Positions 12,601 through 24,919 of a DNA stretch of 64,000 bases are shown in pieces (position 1 is the first letter of the stretch; each line of letters begins with the position of its first letter). Below the pieces are notes generated by a model. It had not been told where the DNA came from, made no database searches, and was given only the letters and a program-made list of their open reading frames with translations. A program made the translations under genes and the position numbers. Origin of the DNA: Geosiphon pyriformis uo1 (lineage: Eukaryota; Fungi; Glomeromycota); assembly GCA_016748015.1 (NCBI GenBank), contig JAAOMT010000480.1:248001-312000 (forward strand), in the 5' to 3' direction.

Positions 12601-15600
12601 TCACAACACCGTCAGACAAAACCAAAGACACACCACAAGGGAGCCCAGAACAACGCCAACGTCACAGACCAAACCAGCCTTCTCCATTACCACCCGGTGG
12701 CTGGCTCTAGACAACCATACTCTAGCACGATGTAATCCAACAATGAACCTGACATAATCAACAATCCGAGCAGTGGCCACCTTTTTTTCCTCAAAAACAT
12801 TGCAAGCCTCCTTATACCACTCCTCCAGCACAAACCCCTTGCACACCAAAGTGTACAGCCCAACATTACTGGAACATTGAGATAAAACCCGCAACACAGC
12901 AGAAGCAGGGAAACCACCAGCCAGAGTTGACCAACAGGCAGAAGCCTCCACCAAAATCTCACCACAAATGCCAGACTCATGAACACAAGTAAAAACGTGG
13001 TCAGAGAACTCCACCTCACCGTAAAACAAACACAACACACTAGAGTAGCACTTATTATACAATCTCTTCCTTACAGCCACCGGCAACCTCCTGTGCACAG
13101 CCTTCATAATATAAGTGCAAAGCGTTGAGGATGTGCGGCTAGTGAACCCAGCAAGCATATGAAAATCAGGATGCCACACCTTTGCCGTGACAACCCAGTC
13201 TATGCAACCAATCATCGCATCCGGAACAACATTACAGCCAGCCCCAGCTTTCCAATGAGCACAACAAATTGATCGAAAAATATTCCTTACAAAATAACAG
13301 GCATTACCAGAAACAGCGATACCCTCAGCAACCAAAAAATGTTCACGCACATCGGCACAAAAGGAAAAGGGAGACCCAAAAGCAGCCCCAGCAGCCAAGT
13401 CAGCTCTCACATTACCAGGAATCCCAGAGTGGCCTTTTACCTTAACCCAACTCACACTAAGATCCTTATCCCTGACCAAATTGAAAATATGACGCCTTTC
13501 CAGCCAGCATTGATTACGGAAATCAGGGGCAACCAAAGACATTTCAGACACACATGCATCAATGGCAGCCTGGCTGTCAAGACGTAACACCACAGTACTT
13601 GAAGAAGGAACACACTTCAAAGCCAAAGCGACAGCCTGTAACTCGGCCATAGTAGATGACACAAGACCACGAACAGCGACACCAATGCTCTTATCCAAGA
13701 CCGGAAAGTATGCAGCAGCACCACAGGCGACCTCAGCAGAGCCTGCATTCCTCAAAGACCCATCCGTGAAAACTTCAAAAAAGCCTGACCAAATGTCATG
13801 CAATCCATCTTTAACCGCAGAAAATTCCCCAGACCCCAAAATGTCCAAACCAAGCTTGTCCGCAGAGCCAACAGAACCAGAAAATGAGTACCCCTGACCC
13901 TTCAAAAACTCAGAAGAAACCATAAACCAGTGAGGCACAGGGCCACGCGGATCCAACCTCTTCCAACGATGAAAAGTTTTCCAATCCAACAAAACACCTT
14001 TCTTATCAAAAAGCCGATCACCAAAAGCGACACCAAAACGTTTAAGAGATTTGACCGAATCAAAATACAGAGACTTTCCAAGAACAGAGGACAATGGGAA
14101 CTGACCAGGACTACGAAATGCAGTGGGGAGGTTGTTCACCAAAGTAAGCGCATTGCCCAGAAAGATCTTCACCATCCCAGCCAAAAAATTGTTCACTAGA
14201 CTAACACGCAACCTGACTGGAAACTGCAAAGGATCCAAAGGAGCCCAACCAAGAACCTGTAGGTCCAAAAACCTATGTCTAAACAAGCGCCCAAGAATGC
14301 CAGAGGCATTAAAGAATGTCATCAAAGCAGCAACCTTCCCTTCTGACTACACCTGCTCAAAAGGCTTTAGGCTATACAATGAGGGATGATGCAAAGCAGC
14401 ATCAGGAAAATTGCGGGGGAGACAAGCCTTGAACCTAAGACCCTTTCTAACCAAGGCATCCCACTTGCGGCAAACATTAGATGAGACAAAACTGAACTGA
14501 GTACGATAGCCAACAATAGGCTGCAAAACAGCTAACACCAGATAGAAGAATTGTTTGTCTGTAATAGCCTTCCTAAGCACAACATTGATGAAGAAACGTA
14601 CATCCGCATAAGCCTTGGCAACACTCGGCTTGAAGAGCCCTTCAGTCGACAGAAAAATACCCAGATATCGATGTGCTTCCCCTTTCTTGGCAATAGAAAT
14701 TGGCTGACCACAAATGTTCAGTGAAGCAACTTTAATGCCCCGATTGATGGGAATAGCTACCATCTTCTCACTATTTATAGAAATATCATTGAGCACAAAA
14801 AATTCACTGGCAATGTTCAAAGCATATTGAGTAGAAGCCTGACAATTTCCAACCCAGATCGTATCATCGACAAACGCACCAGCTGTAAAATATGATGTCA
14901 AACCACCACCGCCCTCAATTCTGCCAGATTTGGAAACAAACTTAGTATCAATCCGGTACCCACACAATTGTTTGTGCCTTTTAACCTCACACAAAAGCGG
15001 ATCGTAAAAAATTCTCTAAAGAAGTGGTGAAAAGACCTCACCCTGGTCCAGCCCATCATGCACCTTATAACCACCAGACAAACCAAAGTCAGTCATCACC
15101 CTATTAACTCTATCCTTATGAATACCACCAAAAAACCTTATGAACCTTTCACACATCTTAACACGCCGCAAACTAGCTCTTAAATGGTGCCACCCAACTG
15201 AATCATAAGCTTTCCGCATATCTTACAAGACCAACCACAACTCCCTATCCTTCTCAATGGCATCCTCAATTACCGAACTGACAGCAAACACTGGAGATTG
15301 TGTTGACATACCCTTCAGCACCGAAAAGTTGTCACCCTAAAGAACATTGAACTTGCTACAAGCCATTGAAATACGGTCAGACAGAATCTTGGAAAGAATC
15401 TTCCTGGCAGTCTCAATCAAAGCAATGGGCCGAGTGTTCGTAAAAACTCCATCCCAGTCATAAGGCTTAGGAATCATTGATACCCAAGCCCTCTTCCACA
15501 AAACAGACACCACACCATCAGACAAACATTTATTAAACAGCGCCAACAGGCACCCCAAAACCACCTCACCACCATGTTTCCATAACTCATTAGGAACACC

Positions 15601-17178
15601 AGACAAACCAGCAGCCTTGCCATCAGGAAGACCACCAACAACAGAAAGTAACTCGCCCATACCAATTGTACTCATAACACCTGAAAAAGCATCATCCCAA
15701 ACATGGTCCAAAGGTGCGTATTGATGAGCCCAAAGACCAGGAAGCACCGACTGTACAGAGCATTTCCTCGTTCACCCTTTCATTATTCTATCCACACTAG
15801 ACTTCACCTCTTCAGGCAACAAAACCAGATCATCATCAACTATTAAGTGATCCAACACGACCTTGTAAAAAGGCTTTTCTAACACACTCCTGATCATACT
15901 ACCCTTATCCGAACAGAAATTATCCATGCGCTTCTCAATTGTCTTCCTAACCAAAGCTTCCTCAGCCAACCTTGACTCAAACATCTTCGACCTCCTGTAA
16001 TCTCTGTGAACCAATGACAAATGTCTAACAACAACATCAGATTTAACACCCGAGCCAACCAAGTCCTTGAAAGCACAAGCCTTCGCGTCATCCAGAGTCG
16101 ACCATTTACTCACAAGACGATCAGCACCCAGCAAGTCACCAGAACAAATTTTCTTGACAATCTTGGCCACCAACAATTCCAGACCAAAAAACCTAGAAGA
16201 ATGTTTGTTTCTCAAACACTTAAACTCACTAAACCAATGCCTCGAAAATGTCACATCAGCAGAATCCACCACAGCTCCCACCAAAACTGCCCACATAGCA
16301 TCCACATCACCATGTATTTTGGCACCAGAGAACACCTCACCCAAGGACAAAAGTTTAGCTGATGAGAGATCCTTAAACTTAGCCCAACCAACACAGTCAG
16401 CATTCTTGATTTTGAACTTCCAACAATCCTTATTCACCTGCTTGTGCAAACTGTTCAATTGTACATCTAGAAGCCCACCCAAACCGACTGAAATTACAAC
16501 AGCCTTGTGATCAGTGTCAAAGAAATCTGAAACAGAGACAACTTGATGGCCAGCAACAGCAGTAGCCAAATTACCACCAACAAAAATGTAATCAATTGTT
16601 TTCCCAACCCCTCTCAAATTGCCCCACGTATAAGAATTAGCCAAATGATGACTAACAAATGAATTGACCAAACCTAAACTCAAACAAAACTTGAAACTAG
16701 CACTCCTACCAGATCCATTCTCATTAAAGTCTCCACCCAAGACAACAAAATTGCTGGAGTTGACTGCCTTTGCAATGAGGGTGTTAACTTCAGAAGCCTG
16801 ACCAAATCTAGCCCCAGAGGAGGCACCAGCATACAACCCCAAAACAGTAACCGAGAGCTTGCCCTTAAACAGAAGCCGAACAGAAATAACCCAACCAGGA
16901 ATCTCCTCCACCTTAGATACATGACGGGCCAAAGAAGTGGTCATAACAATCGCAACCCCAGCACCCATGAAACCCTTATCCAAGCCAGAAGAAAATATTT
17001 GCACACCATCAAATTTATCCTTTAACCACGGCCCAGAAGAGGACCTCAACTTAGTCTCAGTAATAAAAGAAACCATATTTCCTGAGCTCACATGCCAACG
17101 AACAACATCTGCTTGCTTCACGGAAACATTGATACCCCAAACATTGCATGTAGCAAATTTCCAAACCAAACTACTCAT
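12601..17178 (-). pseudogene. LINE ORF2 (APE endonuclease-RT-RNase H), five in-frame stops
   Basis: APE: TCNVWG, TETKL, GGDFNE, IDYIFV, TDHKAV. RT: RPIALIE, KAYDSV, GLDQGEVFSP, AFVDDT, YLGI. RNase H: FTDGS, MAELQA, LDSQAA, WVKVKGHSGIPGNVRAD. All five ORF-track fragments share one frame; probable frameshift near 12640. Confidence 0.93.
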
Positions 17179-19136
17179 TGAGATGGAGGAAAGGCCAACA
17201 AACCCGATCCAGAACACAGATGATCCAATCTATCCAAGACCGAACGAACTGAAGCCTCAAGAGCCATCATATTTGACTCCAAACTGCCAATCTTGGCAGT
17301 CAAAACCTTAAAACTGCTCGGACTGAAATCAACAACCGACCCACTAACATTGGGAGAAGAAGAGGCAGATAACAACAACTTGCTATCCAAATCCAAACCT
17401 GAGTCTATATTTGAAACAATGGCAGTTGGAGACACCAAAAAAAGAGCTGAGGGAGAAGGCGCCAAAGGCACCAAGTCAACGAAACTTAATTTCTTTAAAA
17501 TGAGTGAGACTTGGTTCGCGAGAATTTTCACAGAGCGTTCCAGCACAGCTAGGCGACCACCTAGATCAGCGGCACCAGACGAGGAGGAATCCATTGAGAA
17601 AGCCTTCGAACCAGAGACCAAACCGACACCAGGAGCACCCGAAAAGACAACACGAGGAGGAGAACGGCCTGCCACTTGGGTCCACGTCTTTCCACCAAAA
17701 AAAACTGGACGAGTGACAGGGGCCAACTTCCTCTTATATATCCCAGCTAGACGAACCCGATCCTGCTCAGAAACCACCCTCCTTTCTCGAACACCAGAAT
17801 ACACACCCAAGGAACAGTTGACCAAAACATGACCGAATTGTTTACAACGAGCACAACTGGCCAAAGAAAGACCAGCCCAACACAAACTCACATTTCTGAA
17901 AACTGAAATGGTACCAATAGCAGCCAATTTGGATGCCTCATCACCAAAACAAATTACAGCACATCTATCACAAACATATGAATTAGGGTTACGGCTGATA
18001 TAACAAGTCTTCCCACCATATGATTCCAACAAACTGAAGAGATCATGAGCATTGGTGCCAACTGGAAGAGTATATAGCAAAGCCCAATGCTGATCTCTTG
18101 ATACCCACGTTTGTTTATCAACATTTGCTTTTGCCACGCGGACAGAATCCTTTCCCATGAGCACAGACCATCTAGCTGCGACCAAATCAGCCATCTCAGA
18201 TGTTTCATATTCCATCAGAGCCTTTTGCCAAAGACCAATTAGCTGCACTTTAATTGAAACAATCTTGCCAAACTTGGAAAACACTGCCTCAATTGCCGAT
18301 TTGGGAAGATCTACTGGGATTTTCTTGACAATTACCTCCTAATCTGAATGGCTGTTTACTTTTCTTAAATCATCATTTACCAATATTTTTTCACTGATTG
18401 CCATTTCTCTTACCTTAAACAAACTTTTTTCAAATGTAAATGATGATCTTATTATTCCAGGAAATTTTGAGGGAGTTGAAGCCCCCCCAAAACCATCAAC
18501 CTGATAAAAAATTTTTTTCACACAAACCAACTTATCACCAGTAGTCTTGCCAGAAATGGCAGATAGCTCAATATCCAATGCAAACGATTTTGACGAAATA
18601 AAACTCCATTTCTCCGGAGCACGTGATCCGACTGGAGGAAGGCGATTGGACCCACAAAATTTTGGACTTGGAAGAGGCAGAGTGTCTTCACTATCACTTA
18701 GTACGTTGAAAGAGAGAGGTGGCGGCTTACTGTTCAGAACATAGGTGCGGGTACATGTCTTCCTAGGTGTGACATCATTCATGTCGTCGTTCAAACCTGA
18801 AACATCCGACTCTGCATAGCTAGTTTCCTCAGCAACAACGTTTTCCAAGTTATCCAAGTCCAAAACGCCACTTATGCTGTCCACTTTGCTGTTGACCTCG
18901 CTAGCCCACGATCGCCCAATATTAGGTCCATTACCACTTTCATCCATAATGTTCGAAACACCAGTAGACGACTCAACCAAACCGTCAACCGCCACAGGTT
19001 TCTTCGGCTTCTTATAGGATGCACCGCGAGATTGAGGACCAACCGAACACTTATTTTTGACACCAGACCGGGTCCCCAACCCAGCCGAAACGGACCCAAA
19101 ACCACCAGCAGCAACACCCACCAGTTCCATAGCCAC
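17175..19136 (-). pseudogene. LINE ORF1 (RRM-like region + CCHC zinc knuckle), one premature stop
   Basis: ORFs 18339-19136 and 17175-18284 are in one frame, split by a TAG. RRM-like VIVKKIPVDLPKSAIEAVFSKFGKIVSIKV; zinc knuckle CARCKQFGHVLVNC. Confidence 0.88.
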
Positions 19137-19831
19137 AAAAAGGGGAATGTCTGAAGAAATAACTGGAGAGAGATGAAAGGGAAAGGGAAAAGGAAGGCTA
19201 TTTTAATGATGACTCAAAGCTCTCGTTGTGACCAGGGGATCAATGAAAGAAAGAGTTCTTTTTCTTTTATTATATATGTTATTAACCAAAAAAAAAACAA
19301 TATTGTATATACAGTTTTTGCCAAGAAATTAATTATGATCTTTTTTTAGTTGTTGTGTTTTATATTTTAGTTTTGTTTTATTAAATTTGTTAGATTTTAT
19401 GTTGTTGAATAGTGGTATAAGTGTTTAGTATATTATTATATTTATTTACATATTATATTTATATTATAAAATTCTATTTTATTTTTTGGGTTGTTAATTT
19501 GTATTTTACTTTTTAAATTATATTATTATATTATAATTTTGTAATTTGTTAAAGAATTTACATTATTTTATTTTAAATTTCTGTTTCATATTTACAAATT
19601 TATTAATTTTAATTTTTAATTTTGTCACCAACAAAAAATAAGTGAGTCATTTTAATAATATTTTCTTAATATAAAATATTAATTTTTTACATAAAATTTT
19701 TTCTTTAATACGTATAGTAACGTGATCTTAGGATCTGTTTTTCCGTTACTCGGAATTTCTTAATCAATAATAAAAGTAATTTTTTGGTCCTCTTTTTTTC
19801 TCTTTAGCACAGACTGTCTACTGCCAAAGCC

Positions 19832-21489
19832 ATGGTAAGAATATATCCATAACCGATTCTAAACCATCCATTACCTTTTAAAATGCAAGAATATTTATTG
19901 ATTTCTTTTTGTGAGGGCAGCCTTTTGTCAAGCAGGTCAAGAATAAGGGTAAATAGCGGTTAGTCGAGTGGTAGGCTTTGGATCAAAAATAAAGCTAAAA
20001 ATTATTATTTTCTATAAATAGCGTATTTCAAACGTTTCCAAACAAAATATCGCAGAAGACGCGGTGAGTCACACTTCCTTTAATGAGCTCTATTTCAACA
20101 AAACTAAGGCTTTACAACTCTTGTATAATGAAAGAGTTGCTTAAGTTTTTGACTTTGAAAATCTCGCTTTCAATGATGTTAACATAGTTCATCTGAAACT
20201 ATCGTGTCGAAGAACTGCATTCTTTCGCTCCTATCTGATATGAAAAGCCAATCTTCTGAATCTAATTATTTATGATCATCGTATTTTCAATTTTCAATTT
20301 CAATTATCGTTCGTATCAAGTTTTCATTTTCAGACCAAAAAAGTGTACCACACTTAAAATGAAGTTCGTTTTCTTTGCTAATCTCATTACTTTTGATCAG
20401 AGGGGAAGACCGATTATTATGCCCGCAAACGACTAGTAGTTCAGGCCAAGAACAAATACAACTCTCCAAAATTCCGTTTAGTAGTTCGATTTACCAACAC
20501 AGATATTGTCGTACAGATAGTGTACGCGAAATTGCAGGGGGATTTCATTCTCACCGCTGCATACGCTCACGAATTACCCAAATATGGTATTAAGGTTGGG
20601 TTGACTAATTGGGCGGCTGGTGAGCAATTTTTTTATATAAGAAAATCCTGATATTGGAAATTCGGTTTCAACCAATTATCAAATTTTATGACTCAGATTT
20701 TTTAGCAAGGAAAATTATGTTACTGAAAGGAAAAAGTATTGTTTTATTTGTTCATTTCCATCATCAAAAATACTAAAATATTTCTCAATAATTATTAAAA
20801 AACAGCATATGCTACTGGTCTTCTTGCCGCCCGTCGTGTTTTAACCAAACTTAAGCTGGCTGATAAGTATGAGGGTGTCGTGGATCCGGACGGTACTATT
20901 GCCCCGATCGAGCCACTTGAAGATGCCCCACGACCATTCAAAGCCTACCTTGACGTAGGGCTGAAACGCACTTCTACTGGTTCAAAAGTCTTTGCTGTCA
21001 CTAAAGGTGCATCAGATGGTGGTATCTTCATTCCTCATTCGGAAAATCGATTCCCTGGATATAACGCAGAATCGAAATCACTTGATGCAGAATTGTTAAG
21101 AAAATATATTTATGGTGGACATGTTGCAGATTATATGCGTCTATTGCAAGAGGAGGATGATGATCGATACAAGCGTCAATTTTCAAAATTCATTGAAATT
21201 GGAGCGACAGCAGATGATTTAGAAGATATTTATAAGAAAGCCCATCAAAAAATTCGTGCAGATCCTGAATTTGTGGCAACTGAGAAAAAGAAGGATTACA
21301 AGACAGAATTTTCCAAGGTGAATAAATTTAATTAGAGTTTAGTCTTTGATATTTTTATTGAGAAAATATACTGATAAAAAATCAATTTTATAGTTCCACA
21401 AAACTCGTTTGAATCTTAAACAACGTCGCAACAAGGTTCAACAAAAAATCGAAAATTTCAAACGTTCCCAAGCTGTTAAAGAAGAATAG
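19832..21489 (+). CDS. RPL5: 60S ribosomal protein L5 (uL18); exons 19832-19834, 19921-19948, 20022-20063, 20401-20619, 20806-21317, 21394-21489
   Basis: Spliced translation [48 protein letters not shown]...[10 protein letters not shown]...[19 protein letters not shown]; GT-AG introns keep the frame. Confidence 0.97.
20166..20248 (+). ncRNA. Intronic box C/D snoRNA, snR60/U80 (SNORD80)-type double guide for LSU rRNA
   Basis: Box C ATGATGT (20173-20179); guide CATAGTTCAT + D' CTGA (20193-20196), antisense to LSU GUGAACUAUG; guide TCTTTCGCTCCTAT + D CTGA (20235-20238), antisense to LSU AUAGGGGCGAAAGA; terminal stem GCTTTCA/TGAAAAGC. The D+5 rule gives the sites equivalent to yeast Am817 and Gm908 (rRNA sequence from memory). 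Confidence 0.82.
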
Positions 21490-22575
21490 AAAAAGGATAA
21501 TGGGCTTAGTCGGCAAAGATTATCATCATGCTAACCGCTACAAGTTCAAATATAATGATGTACAGAACGCGAAAAGATCAATAAATTTAGCCAACAAGTT
21601 AATGAAATTGGGACAAATCATCAAAATGGTTGTATAAGAAAACTGGCAACAAAAGCATAATAGGAATAGGTCTTGAGGTTATGTCAATAAAACCACAAGA
21701 ATTATTTTAGCAAATTCATATATCAAAGGAAACCGGTTTTATTTTCAAGGAAATAAAATCAAGAGACGAAACAAAAGAAACCCTTTATAATGGACAACAA
21801 GGTATAGGTACAAGCAATTATCCAAAACCAACTACTTGTACTATTTGGATTTCTTTCCAAAGTTCAAATCATTACCATCATGAAAATATAAATTATTTTC
21901 AAAGATAAAGGCTTGCCTTCAAGAGGTTTGGCGGTAACGAAAGATATGTTTAGAAAATGTATAATGATGGGAAATTGGAATGAGAATTAATCATTGAGAG
22001 GTGAGATGAGAAAGGATGTGAAAAAGAGGGATATATATATTTATATATTTATGTAAAAGGAGAGGAGTATATAATATTAAACAAGATGGAGAAAGTATAA
22101 ATACTATGAAAACAAAAAAATACAATATTATTATTATTATTATTCTAATGAAAAGACATGCTGACAACCGAGATACGAGTTGCTGGCATATTGATGATGT
22201 GCGCGGATCAAATACATTTGGTATTCTATACTACAAGAGTGATTTATTTCGCAAAAAGAAAGGAAGAATGAATGAATGGCAAAGATGTAACAAGAATGAA
22301 TTCATCAGGACGGGTGAATAGAAAAATTTGGGGGGTAAAAAATTTTTGGTTTTAATGAAGTTGGGCTTGATACAAAAAGTTGATAAATTTATCTGAGGTC
22401 TATCATTCTAAAATTAAAAAAGGAGGGTTGACTAAGAAAAATGGTCTCTTATCAATTTACCACTTTACCTCTTTCTATTAAAACTTTAAATCTATTTTAA
22501 AATCACCCAATTATTTGCTTGTCGTATTATTTTATGTCTATATTGTCGTTTTTGCCGGCTAGACTTTTGCGAATA

Positions 22576-22578
<3 letters not shown>

Positions 22579-22608
<30 letters not shown>
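22579..22608. repeat. (GA)15 microsatellite
   Basis: Read directly from the sequence. Confidence 0.95.
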
Positions 22609-22613
<5 letters not shown>

Positions 22614-22995
22614 GATCCGAAATCCAGCCGGATGGCTTGTGTTTTTTTGTTGATTATAGCCTTTAAATGTAAGATAACACCATCTAATCCCCAAATAACC
22701 ACACCCATAATTTCTAAAAGAACTAGAAATAACTAAATTAAAAGATATAAATAAGCCAGGGGTAAAAGAGACATACTAAAATCTCATTGGGAAAATAGGA
22801 CGAAAAAAAGGGAATTGGTTGAAAGCCTAGATATCAATAGCAGAAAAGAATTGAGACCAAAAAAAATTGGGAATCACCCTGATTAAAATTTTCATGCATA
22901 TTCTTTTCTGAAAAATCGTCCCAAGTTGAGTTGATATGATTCATGATGATATCCCCCTCCCCAAGAAAATTTCTAAGTTATTTATATCTATAATT

Positions 22996-23637
22996 TTATT
23001 GGATAATTGTAGAAACGGTCAGGAGTGCAATTGCTAAATTAATTATGGAAACGGTCCATGGAGGACCGAATGAAATAGCTGCTGAGGTTGAAGCATTTGT
23101 GGCTTTAGCATTTTGTGCACTACCAGAATTATCTCCAGAATTATCCTCAGCTGTGGATGATGACAACGACGAAGAGGAATCTTTTATCTGCTTATCAGTT
23201 TTCTCACTACTAGAATCACTATTTGAATTGTTGCTACCGCAAACTTGCTTGGCCACAATCGATGCTTCAGTTTTTAAACCATCACCAATATCCCCAATAC
23301 AGGATGGACAGGCACTTATTATTGTATCAACCTTGTCAGCTAATGCACATAAACAAGGCATTAGGGTGGGGAATTTTGAACTATTATCAACAAGAAGTTC
23401 ATCAGTTGCGTTAGCCAAAGCCGTTAATTCTGTTTTCGGTATGGTTTTGCACTCTTGAATGTTTTCTCTTGACTTAACCCAACACTGTGAACATTGTGTC
23501 TGATCTCCTACAACTGTTGTATTGGTGCCTTCGGCTGATGCTGTCTTCACTGAAACTGTTAAGAGAAGAAAGACAGAAAGGTAGAGCGAGAAAGCAAAGA
23601 TTGTAAGAGTGTAGGTGATTCTTGTTGTTGACCGCAT
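22996..23637 (-). CDS. Secreted, probably GPI-anchored 8-cysteine surface protein (213 aa, intronless)
   Basis: Hydrophobic N-terminus ending TASA|EG; 8 Cys (CSQC...C...CLC...CPSC...C); Ser/Asn/Asp-rich stalk; small-residue omega-like STSAA followed by a hydrophobic C-terminal tail. Confidence 0.85.
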   Translation of the reverse strand: MRSTTRITYTLTIFAFSLYLSVFLLLTVSVKTASAEGTNTTVVGDQTQCSQCWVKSRENIQECKTIPKTELTALANATDELLVDNSSKFPTLMPCLCALADKVDTIISACPSCIGDIGDGLKTEASIVAKQVCGSNNSNSDSSSEKTDKQIKDSSSSLSSSTAEDNSGDNSGSAQNAKATNASTSAAISFGPPWTVSIINLAIALLTVSTIIQ

Positions 23638-24886
23638 TATGAAAAGTTGACTTATGTGTATGAAGGTTTGAAAATAAGGTTATATTTTTTTTTGATTAGG
23701 AAGTCGGAAAACTAGAGTGCGGAGATTGCAAGTTTCCCCGTCGTAGACTCGTAGAGTAAACGTGAAAAAGATGGTGGGGGGGGTGAGATAGGTTTTAGAG
23801 GAAAAAGATGTAGATGTCGATTGGTTGCCTGCTTATTAACAGTTGGGCATATATAGGAGGACTCGAGTTATACATTTCCTTTTCTAGAATTATTCTTGTG
23901 CGAGTTTTTTCAATTGAAAAAAAAACGTGGGACATTTAATTTTACATTATACGGGCAATTAGGTGAGTAGTGACACTTTTTCTTGTTTAACTAGAAAATT
24001 CTCAAGTTCTTTTTCTTTGAAGCCCCTAAAGTGTTATTGGTAATTCATGGAAAGTTGTGTGATTGTTGTCATGGCAGTATGGAAAGGTTGTGTGAGTGAA
24101 TGCTAAATCATCAAGGCTAATAATGTGTGTTCCGGGTTGACATTGAAGATCTATCATATGAATCACTGCTTGTTGAATAGTGTCTAATAATTTTTAAGTT
24201 ATTATTATTATTATATTTTTATTTTTATTCAAGGGCTTCTCGAAAGAAAAGAGATTATGCAATAAAATTTAAAGAGATTCACACACGAAAAACGTAATTC
24301 GAAGGGTAGAGAAGTTGAACATTGCCGTACGATTGATTGTACTCCTGAATAAATTTGTTGGGTGGTTACTCTCTTTTTTGTGCACATAAAAAAATGGTAA
24401 CACAAAATCTCGGGGGATACTGTTTGCGTTAAATTAAAGAAACCTGTGACACATCCGAAGATAAAATGTTGTTCCACTGAATAACCTGCATGTTATCAAA
24501 CTTTGGAGCACAAAGGTTTTCTCAACCTTTATTATCTATAACTTCTTATTTGTAAAAGCCAATGGTGAAACGTTACTTTCTCGTTCGTACCTTGTAAGAA
24601 GTCAATTTACAGATTAACAATAGGTTTTGAATATCAGGACGTGTAAAATCGTAAAGGTTTCACCTTTCTAAATTCGACAAAGCAGATTGGGTAAACGTTA
24701 AAATTGGACGGTTACCCATTTGTCACCAAGAAAAAGGTAAGAAAACATGATGTAACTTTGATTAGATAAGAAAAAATAATTTTATATCATAAATGAATTT
24801 TTATAGGATATTTTTTTGCTCAAAGTTACTTATGAAAAAACCTTTATAATTGATAAATAACAAAAAAAATATTCCAACATAATATG

Positions 24887-24919
<33 letters not shown>
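24887..24919. repeat. (TAA)n microsatellite
   Basis: Read directly from the sequence. Confidence 0.9.

Larger units (their letters stand above)
12376..19267 (-). mobile_element. Near full-length non-LTR retrotransposon (LINE) with APE, RT, RNase H and C-terminal Cys/His region
   Basis: Two long ORFs on the minus strand; 3' UTR shared with the copies at 44943 and 42363. Candidate ~21-bp TSD: tattatatattattattaacca (12354-12375) vs tattatatatgttattaacca (19268-19288). Confidence 0.93.

Noticed and set aside
14347-18341. Idea that the in-frame LINE stops reflect stop-codon recoding or an alternative genetic code
   Set aside because: All three stop types occur, all fit transition mutations, and island genes end normally at TAA, TAG and TGA.
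12557-18744. Numerous plus-strand ORFs of 60-180 aa over the LINE (e.g. 17293-17832, 16067-16510)
   Set aside because: Antisense shadows of the LINE ORFs; no recognisable motifs.
19955-19980. GCGGTTAGTCGAGTGGTAGG in RPL5 intron 2 resembles a tRNA D-arm/A-box
   Set aside because: No anticodon arm, T-arm (GTTCRA) or acceptor stem follows.
22106-22400. 71-aa ORF and a TGATGA box C-like motif at ~22193
   Set aside because: The ORF is low-complexity with no motif; no suitably placed D box or rRNA guide was identified.
24229-24477. 82-aa minus-strand ORF in the divergent intergenic region
   Set aside because: Non-ATG start, no recognisable domain or splice support; more likely regulatory DNA.
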